Assembly (NCBI GenBank): GCA_003552985.1
Contig: PUPD01000115.1
Span: 1 to 62,080, forward strand
Length of the DNA stretch: 62,080 bases
Origin: Spirochaetaceae bacterium
Lineage (GTDB): Bacteria > Spirochaetota > Spirochaetia > DSM-27196 > SLAA01
Reading direction: 5' to 3'
The notes under the pieces are model-generated. The model worked only from the letters and a program-made list of their open reading frames with translations, had not been told where the DNA came from and did not search any database. The translations under genes were made by a program, and so were the position numbers. Below are positions 54,922 to 62,080 of this stretch, in pieces (position 1 is the stretch's first letter; each line of letters opens with the position of its first letter).

Positions 54922-56132
54922 CTATCTCTCTCCGCCGGCGAGCGAGCCGGCGACGACGGAGTGTCGTTGGTGACCGCGTAAACGCCAGCGTGGCTGCTGC
55001 CGGCCGCGTTGATCTCGGCGGTGTCGAGCACGAGTAGCGGAGGGTCGGGCAAGGTCGCGCCGGGCGATGCTTCGCGAAGAAGTGCGCGGATCGCGGCGCA
55101 CGCACCCTTGGCGGCCGGGAGATTGGGAAACAACAGGAAGAACGCGCCGCCTCCGCCGGCGCCGCTGAGCTTACCGCCGGTGGCACCGTTGACCCGCCCG
55201 CATTCCAGCACGCGGTCGAGCAGTACCGTACTGAGTCCCCATCCGGCAAGCATCTCGTGCGCGCGATCGGCGTATCCGCCGAGCTCGGCGATTGTGGCGG
55301 CGCGAGTGGGCCGACCGGTGCCGGCGGTCAATGTCTCGGCAACTGCAGCGCTAAGCGTTCCGAGCCCTGCGAGCGCACCCTGCGGCTCTAGTTCTGCAGC
55401 CTCGATGCGGGCCTTCAGGCCGGCGATCAACGTGCGGGTCGAGCCTTCGCGCCGCACGGCCCCGGCTAGCAGGGCTCCCTCAGGCAGGATGATCGGCGTC
55501 TGACGGGGCAGATCGCCCTGCCCGAACTGAAACGCATGCGCGCCGCCGAGGGTCGCGAGCCCGGTATCAACGCCGGAGGGGGTGCCATGGAACTCGCGCT
55601 CCAGCTCATTTGCAACTCGCCAGCGGCGGAGCGAGGGAGCTTCCGGGAGGGCCGCCGCGGCGAGCGCGGCGCAGAGCGCAGCAGATGAGCCGAGGCCCAT
55701 ACCGCGGGGTACGCTCGAGCTGATTGACAGGGTTCCGCCGGCCGGCCCGTCGCCCTGCCGGCGGCGTGTGCCCTGCCGCTCCGCCGGCTCACGGGGCTGC
55801 AGCAGCTTGCGAGCGGCTCGGTTCCCGGACGACATTTCCTCATCGCTGAGCGTCCGGAACAGGCGCTTGAGCACCGCCTCGACTGCGGGACGATCCTCCT
55901 CGTCGATCGTGGTGCAGTCAATCTCCAGCTGTTTCCAGTCTTGCTGATTCTCGGTCCCTGGGAACACCGTCGTTGCGGTGCTGCCGGCCGGGAGGCGAAC
56001 CGTGACCGTAGTATAAAGCGGCAATGCCGTTCCGACGGCCGGGTACCCGTAGACCGCTGCGTGTTCACCGAACAACAGCAGTTTGCCCGAGGCCCGACCT
56101 ACGGCGTGCCGGGATGATGCGAACTGTCCCAC
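54918..56132 (-). CDS. mvk: Mevalonate kinase (GHMP family)
   Basis: GTG start with a strong GGAGGGAG RBS. GKLLLFGEHAAVYG is motif I and PRGMGLGSSAALCAAL is motif II. Confidence 0.8.
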   Translation of the reverse strand: MGQFASSRHAVGRASGKLLLFGEHAAVYGYPAVGTALPLYTTVTVRLPAGSTATTVFPGTENQQDWKQLEIDCTTIDEEDRPAVEAVLKRLFRTLSDEEMSSGNRAARKLLQPREPAERQGTRRRQGDGPAGGTLSISSSVPRGMGLGSSAALCAALAAAALPEAPSLRRWRVANELEREFHGTPSGVDTGLATLGGAHAFQFGQGDLPRQTPIILPEGALLAGAVRREGSTRTLIAGLKARIEAAELEPQGALAGLGTLSAAVAETLTAGTGRPTRAATIAELGGYADRAHEMLAGWGLSTVLLDRVLECGRVNGATGGKLSGAGGGGAFFLLFPNLPAAKGACAAIRALLREASPGATLPDPPLLVLDTAEINAAGSSHAGVYAVTNDTPSSPARSPAERDR

Positions 56133-57244
56133 GATACTCCCTCCGAGGCTATGCGCAACGGTTGTATCGTATCATGAGCCAGCGGTTCGAGCGCAAGCTC
56201 AGCAGGAGTATCGCTTCGGGGTACGCAGAGAGCGAGCTCGTTTCCGGCGCCGATCGCCTTACAGAGAACGGCGCTTCCGGATTCGGCCGACGCGCGGCCG
56301 GGAGGCAACTCTGTCTTGCCGGGTGCGGGGTCTCCTACGCCGGTCGCCGGTCCGCCGATGGTACGCTCGGCTTCGGCGCAGAGGGCCGGGGGCAGCGCGG
56401 CCGAAACCCCGATACGCTCGCCGAGCGCAATGCCGAGCTCGGCAAGTCGTTCCAGTATCGGCAACGCCTTCTCGCGGGAGTCGGCGGCAGCGAGCTCGCT
56501 CACCAGCGTGTTCGAGCGTTCAAGAAAGGTGCGGGCCTCGTGCGACGCGGTGTGTTTCCAACGTTTGAAGCTGCGCGCCGCGCCCGCGGTGCGGACGGCG
56601 TGGTTCGCCTTCGCCACGAGCGCCCCGCGCAGCCAACGCAGATCCAGCGGTGTCAGTGAAGGGCTCGGTCCCCCACGGAACAGTCCGCCTCCGCCTGCGG
56701 TGGAGACCAGGACGTCATAGCCGCTGCCGTGGCCGTGCTGAAACTCACGATGAATCGGCCCCGCATGTTCATGCAGTATCCGGCGAGCCTCGGCCGGGGC
56801 CAGGCCGCCGGCGTGCAGCAGCGCGGCGGTACATACGACGGTGGCCGCGGCGCTGGAGCCGAGACCCCGTTTGCTGCCGTCGTTGTGGAAGAACGCGCTG
56901 GAGTCGAGCGTGATCTCGGCATTCAGCGGGCGTTCCATGAGCTGATAGCGCTCGAGGTAGGCGACGCATGTGGCCGGAAGCCTGGTCTCGTCCGTCACCG
57001 GTTGACCGGGAACAAACACGTGCTCGGCGTCGCCCCCCATCCGGCAGCGCACGGCGTCCCAGCGGGCGGGCCGCACCTCCGCCACCGTCCGCGGGTGGGT
57101 GGCCACTGCGATCCCGAGCCCCCCGGGCTCGAGCACGGCGTACTCTCCGCACACCAGCAGATTGCCGGGAGCGCTGATCCGCGCCACACGTTCGCCGTCG
57201 TGCACCCGAGCGGAGCTTCCGTCCGCCTGCGTGCCGCTACTCAT
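56099..57244 (-). CDS. mvaK2: Phosphomevalonate kinase (GHMP family, ERG8 type)
   Basis: The start is set at MSSGTQ, an ATGA overlap with the mvaD stop. APGNLLVCGEYAVLEPG and GLGSSAAATV are present. The listed 600-aa ORF is an upstream extension through mvaD. Confidence 0.75.
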   Translation of the reverse strand: MSSGTQADGSSARVHDGERVARISAPGNLLVCGEYAVLEPGGLGIAVATHPRTVAEVRPARWDAVRCRMGGDAEHVFVPGQPVTDETRLPATCVAYLERYQLMERPLNAEITLDSSAFFHNDGSKRGLGSSAAATVVCTAALLHAGGLAPAEARRILHEHAGPIHREFQHGHGSGYDVLVSTAGGGGLFRGGPSPSLTPLDLRWLRGALVAKANHAVRTAGAARSFKRWKHTASHEARTFLERSNTLVSELAAADSREKALPILERLAELGIALGERIGVSAALPPALCAEAERTIGGPATGVGDPAPGKTELPPGRASAESGSAVLCKAIGAGNELALCVPRSDTPAELALEPLAHDTIQPLRIASEGVSWDSSHHPGTP

Positions 57245-58272
57245 CGGCTGGTGTCTCCTCTGTGGAGCTCGGCATCGGGACCGGGGCCGCAGACGGCGAA
57301 CACTTCGGCGATCTCGGACAGCTCCTCGCGCACCCGGTCGACATGCTCGGCCGTCGTCAAAACCTTCACCTGCGGGCCCGCATCCATCGTCTCGAACGCG
57401 GGCACGGCGGCACGGCGCAGCCGTTCGCAGGCGTGAATCGCTTCCACGCTGGCGGGTAACCAGTACAGAACCGGCGGCTCGGCGGTGAACATCGTCGCGA
57501 ACATGCGCAGGTAACTCAGCCGTGCAACCCTCCCGAGACGCTCGAGATCGCGCTCGGTAAGCGCACGCACCGCCTCTTCGGCGAGGGCACGGTTGTCCTG
57601 TTCCCAAGCCTCGAAGTAAGGCGATGTCTTGCGGGTGCGCTCCATCGCCTCGCGGGAGGAGACGCCTTTGGCTTGGCTCGAGATCTTCACAACGATCACG
57701 CGGAGCTCGGGCCAATGAGAAGCCGGGTAGAGCTGTTCGGCCGAGCGCGCCCCCCGGCTCCAGCGCGTAAACCCGCCGAACACCGCGCGTGCCGCTGAAC
57801 CAGACCCCACCCGCGCCATGGCCGAAAGCTCGTCTCTCGGGAGCGGCAGCGGCAGCGGCAGGGGCGAACCTAGGGCGAACCGTGCCGGTGACGCGTTGCA
57901 TGCGGCGGCGCTGCAGGCAAGCGCCAGGGCTGCGAAGCCGGAGGATGAGCTTGCCAGCCCGGCCGCGGTGGGGAAGTTGTTTTGGCTCTTCACCGCGAAC
58001 GCCACATGAGTTGCGCAGCGTTGTCTGACGGCATCGAAGAAGGGTGTGAATCGCGCTGGGTCGACCGCGTGCCCGTCGATCACGATCTCGTCCGGCCGGT
58101 TTGGTACGGCGCTCACGACGACACGGCTGGTGAGGTGGTCGAGCGTCATCGCGATGCTTGTGGTAGCGGGGAGGTTCGTGTCTCCGGGTAGTTTCCCCCA
58201 GTACTTAACCAAGGCCAGACTGGGGTGGGCGGTCGCAGTGTAGACCTGACCGGCGTTCTTAAGCGGGCTCAT
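57241..58272 (-). CDS. mvaD: Diphosphomevalonate decarboxylase
   Basis: AHPSLALVKYWGK and GLASSSSGFAAL motifs. Confidence 0.85.
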   Translation of the reverse strand: MSPLKNAGQVYTATAHPSLALVKYWGKLPGDTNLPATTSIAMTLDHLTSRVVVSAVPNRPDEIVIDGHAVDPARFTPFFDAVRQRCATHVAFAVKSQNNFPTAAGLASSSSGFAALALACSAAACNASPARFALGSPLPLPLPLPRDELSAMARVGSGSAARAVFGGFTRWSRGARSAEQLYPASHWPELRVIVVKISSQAKGVSSREAMERTRKTSPYFEAWEQDNRALAEEAVRALTERDLERLGRVARLSYLRMFATMFTAEPPVLYWLPASVEAIHACERLRRAAVPAFETMDAGPQVKVLTTAEHVDRVREELSEIAEVFAVCGPGPDAELHRGDTSR

Positions 58273-59594
58273 CGGTGTGCTCGTAGGTGTTGCGCACGTA
58301 GGTCCGACAGTATGCGCTCGGCAGCTTGAAGGTTGAAGCTGCCGCCGGCAACGAGACGCTCGGCTACAGTGTCGATCTCCGCCCCGCGCGCCCCGGCTTT
58401 GTAAGCGAGCCGGTTTGCGTGCAGGCGCATGTGGCCGGTCTGTATGCCTTCCGATACGAGGGCAAGGAGCGCGGCGAAGTTCTGTGCCAGGCCGAGCGCC
58501 GCGGCAATTCCGGCCAGCCGAACGGCCTCGGGGTCGCCGAGCAGCCGGAGCATACTGCGAGCCACCGGGTGGAAGCTCGAGGCGCCGCCGACGGTGCCGA
58601 ATGCAGCAGGGAGCGCGAGCTCGGCGCTGAGCTCGTCATTCTCGATGCGGTAGGTAGTCAGCGCCCGGTAGCGGCCTTCGCGCGTTGCGTAAGCGTGCGC
58701 AGCGGCCTCGATTGCGCGCGTGTCGTTGGCGGTGGCGAGCGCGAGCGCGCTGATCCCGTTCATGATCCCCTTGTTATGGGTGACCGCGCGTTCCGGATCG
58801 GCGGACGCGATTGCGTTGGCCAGGACGATGCGGTCGGCCAGCTCGCGACCTGCCAGTGTCCCGCGGCGCAGCTGGGACAGCGGCAACCGAAACGTGGCCG
58901 CAGCGGTTCGCTCGCGGGCGGCATTGGTTATGATCGCCATCACGGTGGAGCCGCCGGAGGCCTTGGCAAGAATCGGCGCGGCACGCTCGGCGGCGCTGTT
59001 GACCACGTTGGCTCCCATCGCATCGCGTACGTCGATCACGAGCTCGACGCAGACGACTTCGCCGCGCGCCGGCAACTCTCCGTCGCAGCGGCGCACCCGC
59101 AGCTTCCGAAAACCACCGCCGCGCGCCTGCATCGACGCTAGCAGGGGCGCGAGGGCGCTCGCGACATCGTCCTCAGCAGCTTCGAGTGCGGCTATCCGCT
59201 CGGCGGCGACGCCCTCGAGAAAGACTTGTGCGCTCATCAATGGTTCGCTTGCCCAGGTCGTGAAGCCGCCTCCCCGCGCGACGATTGAGGCCGCAAACCC
59301 GGCGGCGGCGATCACCGACGGCTCCTCAGTCGCCATCGGGATGTCGTAGGAAACCCCGTCGATCAGAAACCCACCGGCTATCCCGAGGGGAACCGGCATG
59401 AAGCCGACCGCGCTCTCCACCATCACATCGGCTAAATCGAGCATCTCGCCTGCTCCGCTGAGAGCGCTGCGCTCCTCTTCATCGAGCTTGAGAGTCTCCG
59501 CCAACGCGCTGTTGCGCTCTCGTACTGATTGCTTTCGGAAGGCTCGGGGAAGCCGCGACACGGTTACGCTCCGCCGAATTCGCCCGTGTCCCAC
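58269..59594 (-). CDS. mvaA: Hydroxymethylglutaryl-CoA reductase, class II
   Basis: PVPLGIAGGFLIDGVSYDIPMATEEPSVIAA, DAMGANVVN and the C-terminal HMRLHA pattern of class II HMGR. The exact start is uncertain; as listed it overlaps fni by 31 nt. Confidence 0.85.
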   Translation of the reverse strand: MGHGRIRRSVTVSRLPRAFRKQSVRERNSALAETLKLDEEERSALSGAGEMLDLADVMVESAVGFMPVPLGIAGGFLIDGVSYDIPMATEEPSVIAAAGFAASIVARGGGFTTWASEPLMSAQVFLEGVAAERIAALEAAEDDVASALAPLLASMQARGGGFRKLRVRRCDGELPARGEVVCVELVIDVRDAMGANVVNSAAERAAPILAKASGGSTVMAIITNAARERTAAATFRLPLSQLRRGTLAGRELADRIVLANAIASADPERAVTHNKGIMNGISALALATANDTRAIEAAAHAYATREGRYRALTTYRIENDELSAELALPAAFGTVGGASSFHPVARSMLRLLGDPEAVRLAGIAAALGLAQNFAALLALVSEGIQTGHMRLHANRLAYKAGARGAEIDTVAERLVAGGSFNLQAAERILSDLRAQHLRAHR

Positions 59595-60733
59595 TCGAGC
59601 GCGGTGAGCAGGGCGTATACCGCCTCTTGAAACGCAGCTGAGCGCTGCAGGCGAACGCTGCGCAACTCGGCCAACGACCGCGAGCCGGTAAGCATCATGA
59701 CGGTGCGGAGCACCTTCTCGTAGCGTGCGATCAGCTCAATCGCCTTCTCGGCGCCACCTTCGTCGATCGCTCGGATCAGCGGAAGCGCGTACCCGCCCGC
59801 ATGCGCCCCAAGGGCCAGGGACTTCGCCAGATCGAGCCCGGTGCGCAGACCGCCGGAGGCAAGAATGCGCCCCTCGGCCTGGGGAAGCCGCCCGACCGCC
59901 GCCAGAAGCACGCCGGTGCGGTAGCCCCAGTCGGCAAACTCCTCGGCGGCGGCACGTTCCTCAGCCTCGGCGCGGTAGGCTTCCACCTGCACCCAGTTGG
60001 TTCCACCGCTGCCGGCGAGGTCGAGATACGTCGCCCCGGCATCCAGCAGGCTGCGGACCAGGCGCGGGTCCACTCCGAAGCCGGTTTCCTTAATGATGAC
60101 CGGGATAGGACAGTGGCTCACAAAGCGCAGGATCGCCCCGAGCACGCCGCGGAAGTCACGATCCCCGTCGCTCTGAAACAGCTCCTGGCCGGGATTGAGA
60201 TGCACTGCTATCCCTTCGACCTCCAGCCGTCTGAGTACCTCGAAGATCTCGGCGTGATTCATGTCCCGGAGCTGCACGCTGCCGATATTGGCGAACACCG
60301 GTACGTCGGGGGCAATCTTCTTCAGCGCGAAGTGATCGAACACCTCGGGTTTGCGGAACAGTATGCGGATAGAGCCCATCCCTACCGGCACACCGGCAGC
60401 CTGCGCCGCGCGCGCGAGCTCCTTGTTGGCGCGGTAGCCGGCCTCGGAGCCGCCGGTCATCGAGGAGATAAACAGCGGCAGCCGGACCGGGCGTCCGAGG
60501 AACGTGGTGCTTGTGTCTATCTCGTGGTCGGCGATCTCCGGCAGTGCCCGGTGCAGGAACGAGACGCCCTCAAGGCCGGTGCTCCCGGTCTCCACCCGGT
60601 ACCGGTCACGGTGGAGACAGATCTCGAGATGCTGAGTCTTGCGCGTGCCGAGCCCCCCTGCCTCATGGTCCGTAAGTGGTTGGTTGCCAGGCGGGGAACT
60701 GTCCTCGATTCCTCTATTTGAAGCTGTATTCAC
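59564..60733 (-). CDS. fni: Isopentenyl-diphosphate delta-isomerase, type 2 (FMN-dependent)
   Basis: RKTQHLEICL, SSMTGG, GSGGTNW and ASGGLRTG motifs. Confidence 0.85.
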   Translation of the reverse strand: MNTASNRGIEDSSPPGNQPLTDHEAGGLGTRKTQHLEICLHRDRYRVETGSTGLEGVSFLHRALPEIADHEIDTSTTFLGRPVRLPLFISSMTGGSEAGYRANKELARAAQAAGVPVGMGSIRILFRKPEVFDHFALKKIAPDVPVFANIGSVQLRDMNHAEIFEVLRRLEVEGIAVHLNPGQELFQSDGDRDFRGVLGAILRFVSHCPIPVIIKETGFGVDPRLVRSLLDAGATYLDLAGSGGTNWVQVEAYRAEAEERAAAEEFADWGYRTGVLLAAVGRLPQAEGRILASGGLRTGLDLAKSLALGAHAGGYALPLIRAIDEGGAEKAIELIARYEKVLRTVMMLTGSRSLAELRSVRLQRSAAFQEAVYALLTALEWDTGEFGGA

Positions 60734-61994
60734 GATAGCCGTCGTCCCGAATGCCGGCCAGGTAAAACGAACCGCTGGGAATCCCGGTTACCTCTTCGGC
60801 GATCATTCGATTATATGCTTCCGGCTCCGCCGGTGCTTCGATCCAGCGCTCGTACGTATCGAACGAAACCTCGCAGTTTCCCTCCCGGACTATATCGAGA
60901 TCCCAACCGGCGATGATCCCGGGCGCTTGATCGGCCACGCGGCCCCGCATCACCGACATTGTGTTGCCGGACCCGTAGGAAGCGAGCAGAATACGTTTGC
61001 CGACGATGTCGTCGCCGAGGGTGTCATAGCGGTCCTTGAGGTAGTAGGCAAGCGAGAGGTAGGCCGCGCCGGAATAGATGTTTCCGATCCGCGCTGCAGG
61101 CTCGGTTGCGGCCTGAAACCCGCGCGCGCTCAGAAATGCCTCGATCTTCTCCGGCGGCAGGTGCAGGTGCTCACTCAGCAGGCGGTGGATCGCGATCCAC
61201 GCCATTCTCTGGAACGGGATGTGGAGCACGAACATATCGGTGTTCTCGAGCGCCTCGCGCGGCTCTTCACCGGTACGTTGACAATGGTCGCGAAACGCGG
61301 CGTCGAGCGATTCATGATAACACTGGACCGAGTATCCGCCCTTGACCTTGGCGGTCACCGAGCCGAGGGGTCGGAAAAAGTCGTCGACGTCACGCGAGCA
61401 GTAGCCCTGGGTGGATATATCCAGCTCGACCAGGCGCGGGTTGGTTTCGACCAGTATCGCGACCGAACCGGCTCCCTGCGTGATCTCGGCGGTGGTGGCG
61501 GTTTCGTAACGGGCGATGTCGGAGCAGATAACCATTCCGGTCTCGTCGGTTCGGCCCGCCGCCTGCAGCAACGCGCCGACGCTCATCATCGAGATTGTCC
61601 CGCCGGCGCAGGCGTGCTGCACCTGGAAGGTGGAGATGGAGTCCGGCACCGGATGGCCGGCGTTTTGCAACATCCCCTCGACGTAGGCCGCCACCGGCTT
61701 GGAGAGATCCACACTGGTTTCAGTGCCGACCGCGATGTACCTGAGTTTCGAGAGATCAAGCCGCGGGTTTTGTCTGAGGAGCCGATCACCGGCCTGCGCC
61801 GCAAGGGTAGCGTTGTCCTCCCAAGGATATGGGTAACGCATCGACTTCTGGCCCGTGGATTCGACGGCACGGCGCAGGCGGCGCTCCATTTTTGCATCGC
61901 CGTTCACACGGTAGCCCACGAGTGTCTCGAGGTCCATGCACGGCTGCGGGATATAGACCGCTAAATCTCCGATTCCCACTGCGGAGGTTGTCAT
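60714..61994 (-). CDS. mvaS: Hydroxymethylglutaryl-CoA synthase
   Basis: N-terminus VGIGDLAVYIP, and the catalytic Cys region (VQHACAGGT) of the thiolase-fold HMGS family. Confidence 0.85.
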   Translation of the reverse strand: MTTSAVGIGDLAVYIPQPCMDLETLVGYRVNGDAKMERRLRRAVESTGQKSMRYPYPWEDNATLAAQAGDRLLRQNPRLDLSKLRYIAVGTETSVDLSKPVAAYVEGMLQNAGHPVPDSISTFQVQHACAGGTISMMSVGALLQAAGRTDETGMVICSDIARYETATTAEITQGAGSVAILVETNPRLVELDISTQGYCSRDVDDFFRPLGSVTAKVKGGYSVQCYHESLDAAFRDHCQRTGEEPREALENTDMFVLHIPFQRMAWIAIHRLLSEHLHLPPEKIEAFLSARGFQAATEPAARIGNIYSGAAYLSLAYYLKDRYDTLGDDIVGKRILLASYGSGNTMSVMRGRVADQAPGIIAGWDLDIVREGNCEVSFDTYERWIEAPAEPEAYNRMIAEEVTGIPSGSFYLAGIRDDGYREYSFK

Positions 61995-62018
61995 ATGAGC
62001 GCCTGCCTTAAAGTTAAT

Positions 62019-62048
62019 ATTTTATCAAGTGAGTGTAGCACGATGCAA
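62019..62048 (-). promoter_or_regulatory. Putative sigma70 promoter of the mevalonate operon (TTGCAT-18 nt-TAAAAT)
   Basis: It lies in the only AT-rich stretch upstream of mvaS. The hexamers were read on the minus strand. Confidence 0.35.
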
Positions 62049-62080
62049 TTCCGCATGTAAACGACGCACGCTTAATATAT

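Noticed and set aside
56099-57901. A 600-aa ORF suggesting a very long phosphomevalonate kinase.
   Set aside because: The first 219 residues are Arg/Ala/Gly-rich, run through mvaD in another frame, and carry no GHMP motif. The ATG at 57244 forms an ATGA overlap with the mvaD stop and immediately precedes the conserved APGNLLVCGEYAVLE motif.
61986-61999. GTCATATGAG at the mvaS start codon, and ATCATATGTCC at the GDPD start (28511-28521), as additional motif copies.
   Set aside because: Only the CATATG core, which includes the ATG start codon itself, is shared. The flanking TGAC/GAC positions do not match, and the mvaS case is outside the island.
1-62080. A search for CRISPR arrays, tRNA or rRNA genes, IS elements, integrases, toxin-antitoxin pairs and known defence-system genes.
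   Set aside because: I found no repeat-spacer architecture, no tRNA-like T-arm or acceptor pattern in the intergenic regions, and no transposase, integrase, nuclease or ATPase signatures typical of defence islands among the translated ORFs. Absence cannot be proven without tools.

Overview
High-GC bacterial chromosomal window. A spirochaete-like cheD/MCP pair and a complete mevalonate operon hint at Spirochaetota, but this cannot be verified here. There are three blocks. (i) 1-6.6 kb is core metabolism: the pckA 3' end, a D-2-hydroxyacid dehydrogenase, alpha-glucan phosphorylase, homoserine dehydrogenase and a Ca2+/Na+ antiporter. (ii) About 6.6-41.1 kb is a multi-operon catabolic island. It holds four Cys-type sulfatases without signal peptides and an Opp/Dpp-type ABC importer. 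It also holds acid-sugar/cyclitol-type enzymes: enolase superfamily x2, DHDPS/NAL family x2, an IolB-family isomerase, xylose-isomerase-like TIM barrels x3, a TPP enzyme and a 2-hydroxyacid dehydrogenase. The remaining genes are two large uncharacterised cytoplasmic proteins, a GDPD, a MOP/MATE-like membrane protein, a heterodimeric ABC exporter and a single GntR/FadR regulator. Ten copies of a TTGACATATGAC-type motif sit in essentially every promoter region of this island, which suggests one regulon. This island is the best candidate here for an undescribed system, namely import followed by intracellular desulfation and catabolism of an unidentified sulfated compound. (iii) 41.4-62 kb starts with a HAD / ParB-like / SPL-type radical SAM operon and a FecR-like secreted protein. 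Next come a frameshifted, internally deleted cheD beside an atypical cytoplasmic MCP-like protein, an orphan sugar-type ABC ATPase, an SBP-like lipoprotein, a degenerate-GGDEF membrane protein and a HIBADH-family reductase. It ends with an eight-gene, tightly overlapping operon: mvaS-fni-mvaA-mvaD-pmk-mvk-alpha/beta hydrolase-DUF3524/GTDC1-like glycosyltransferase. I recognised no rRNA, tRNA, CRISPR array, transposase or integrase. All functional calls rest on my recognition of motifs in the supplied translations; no database search was possible.
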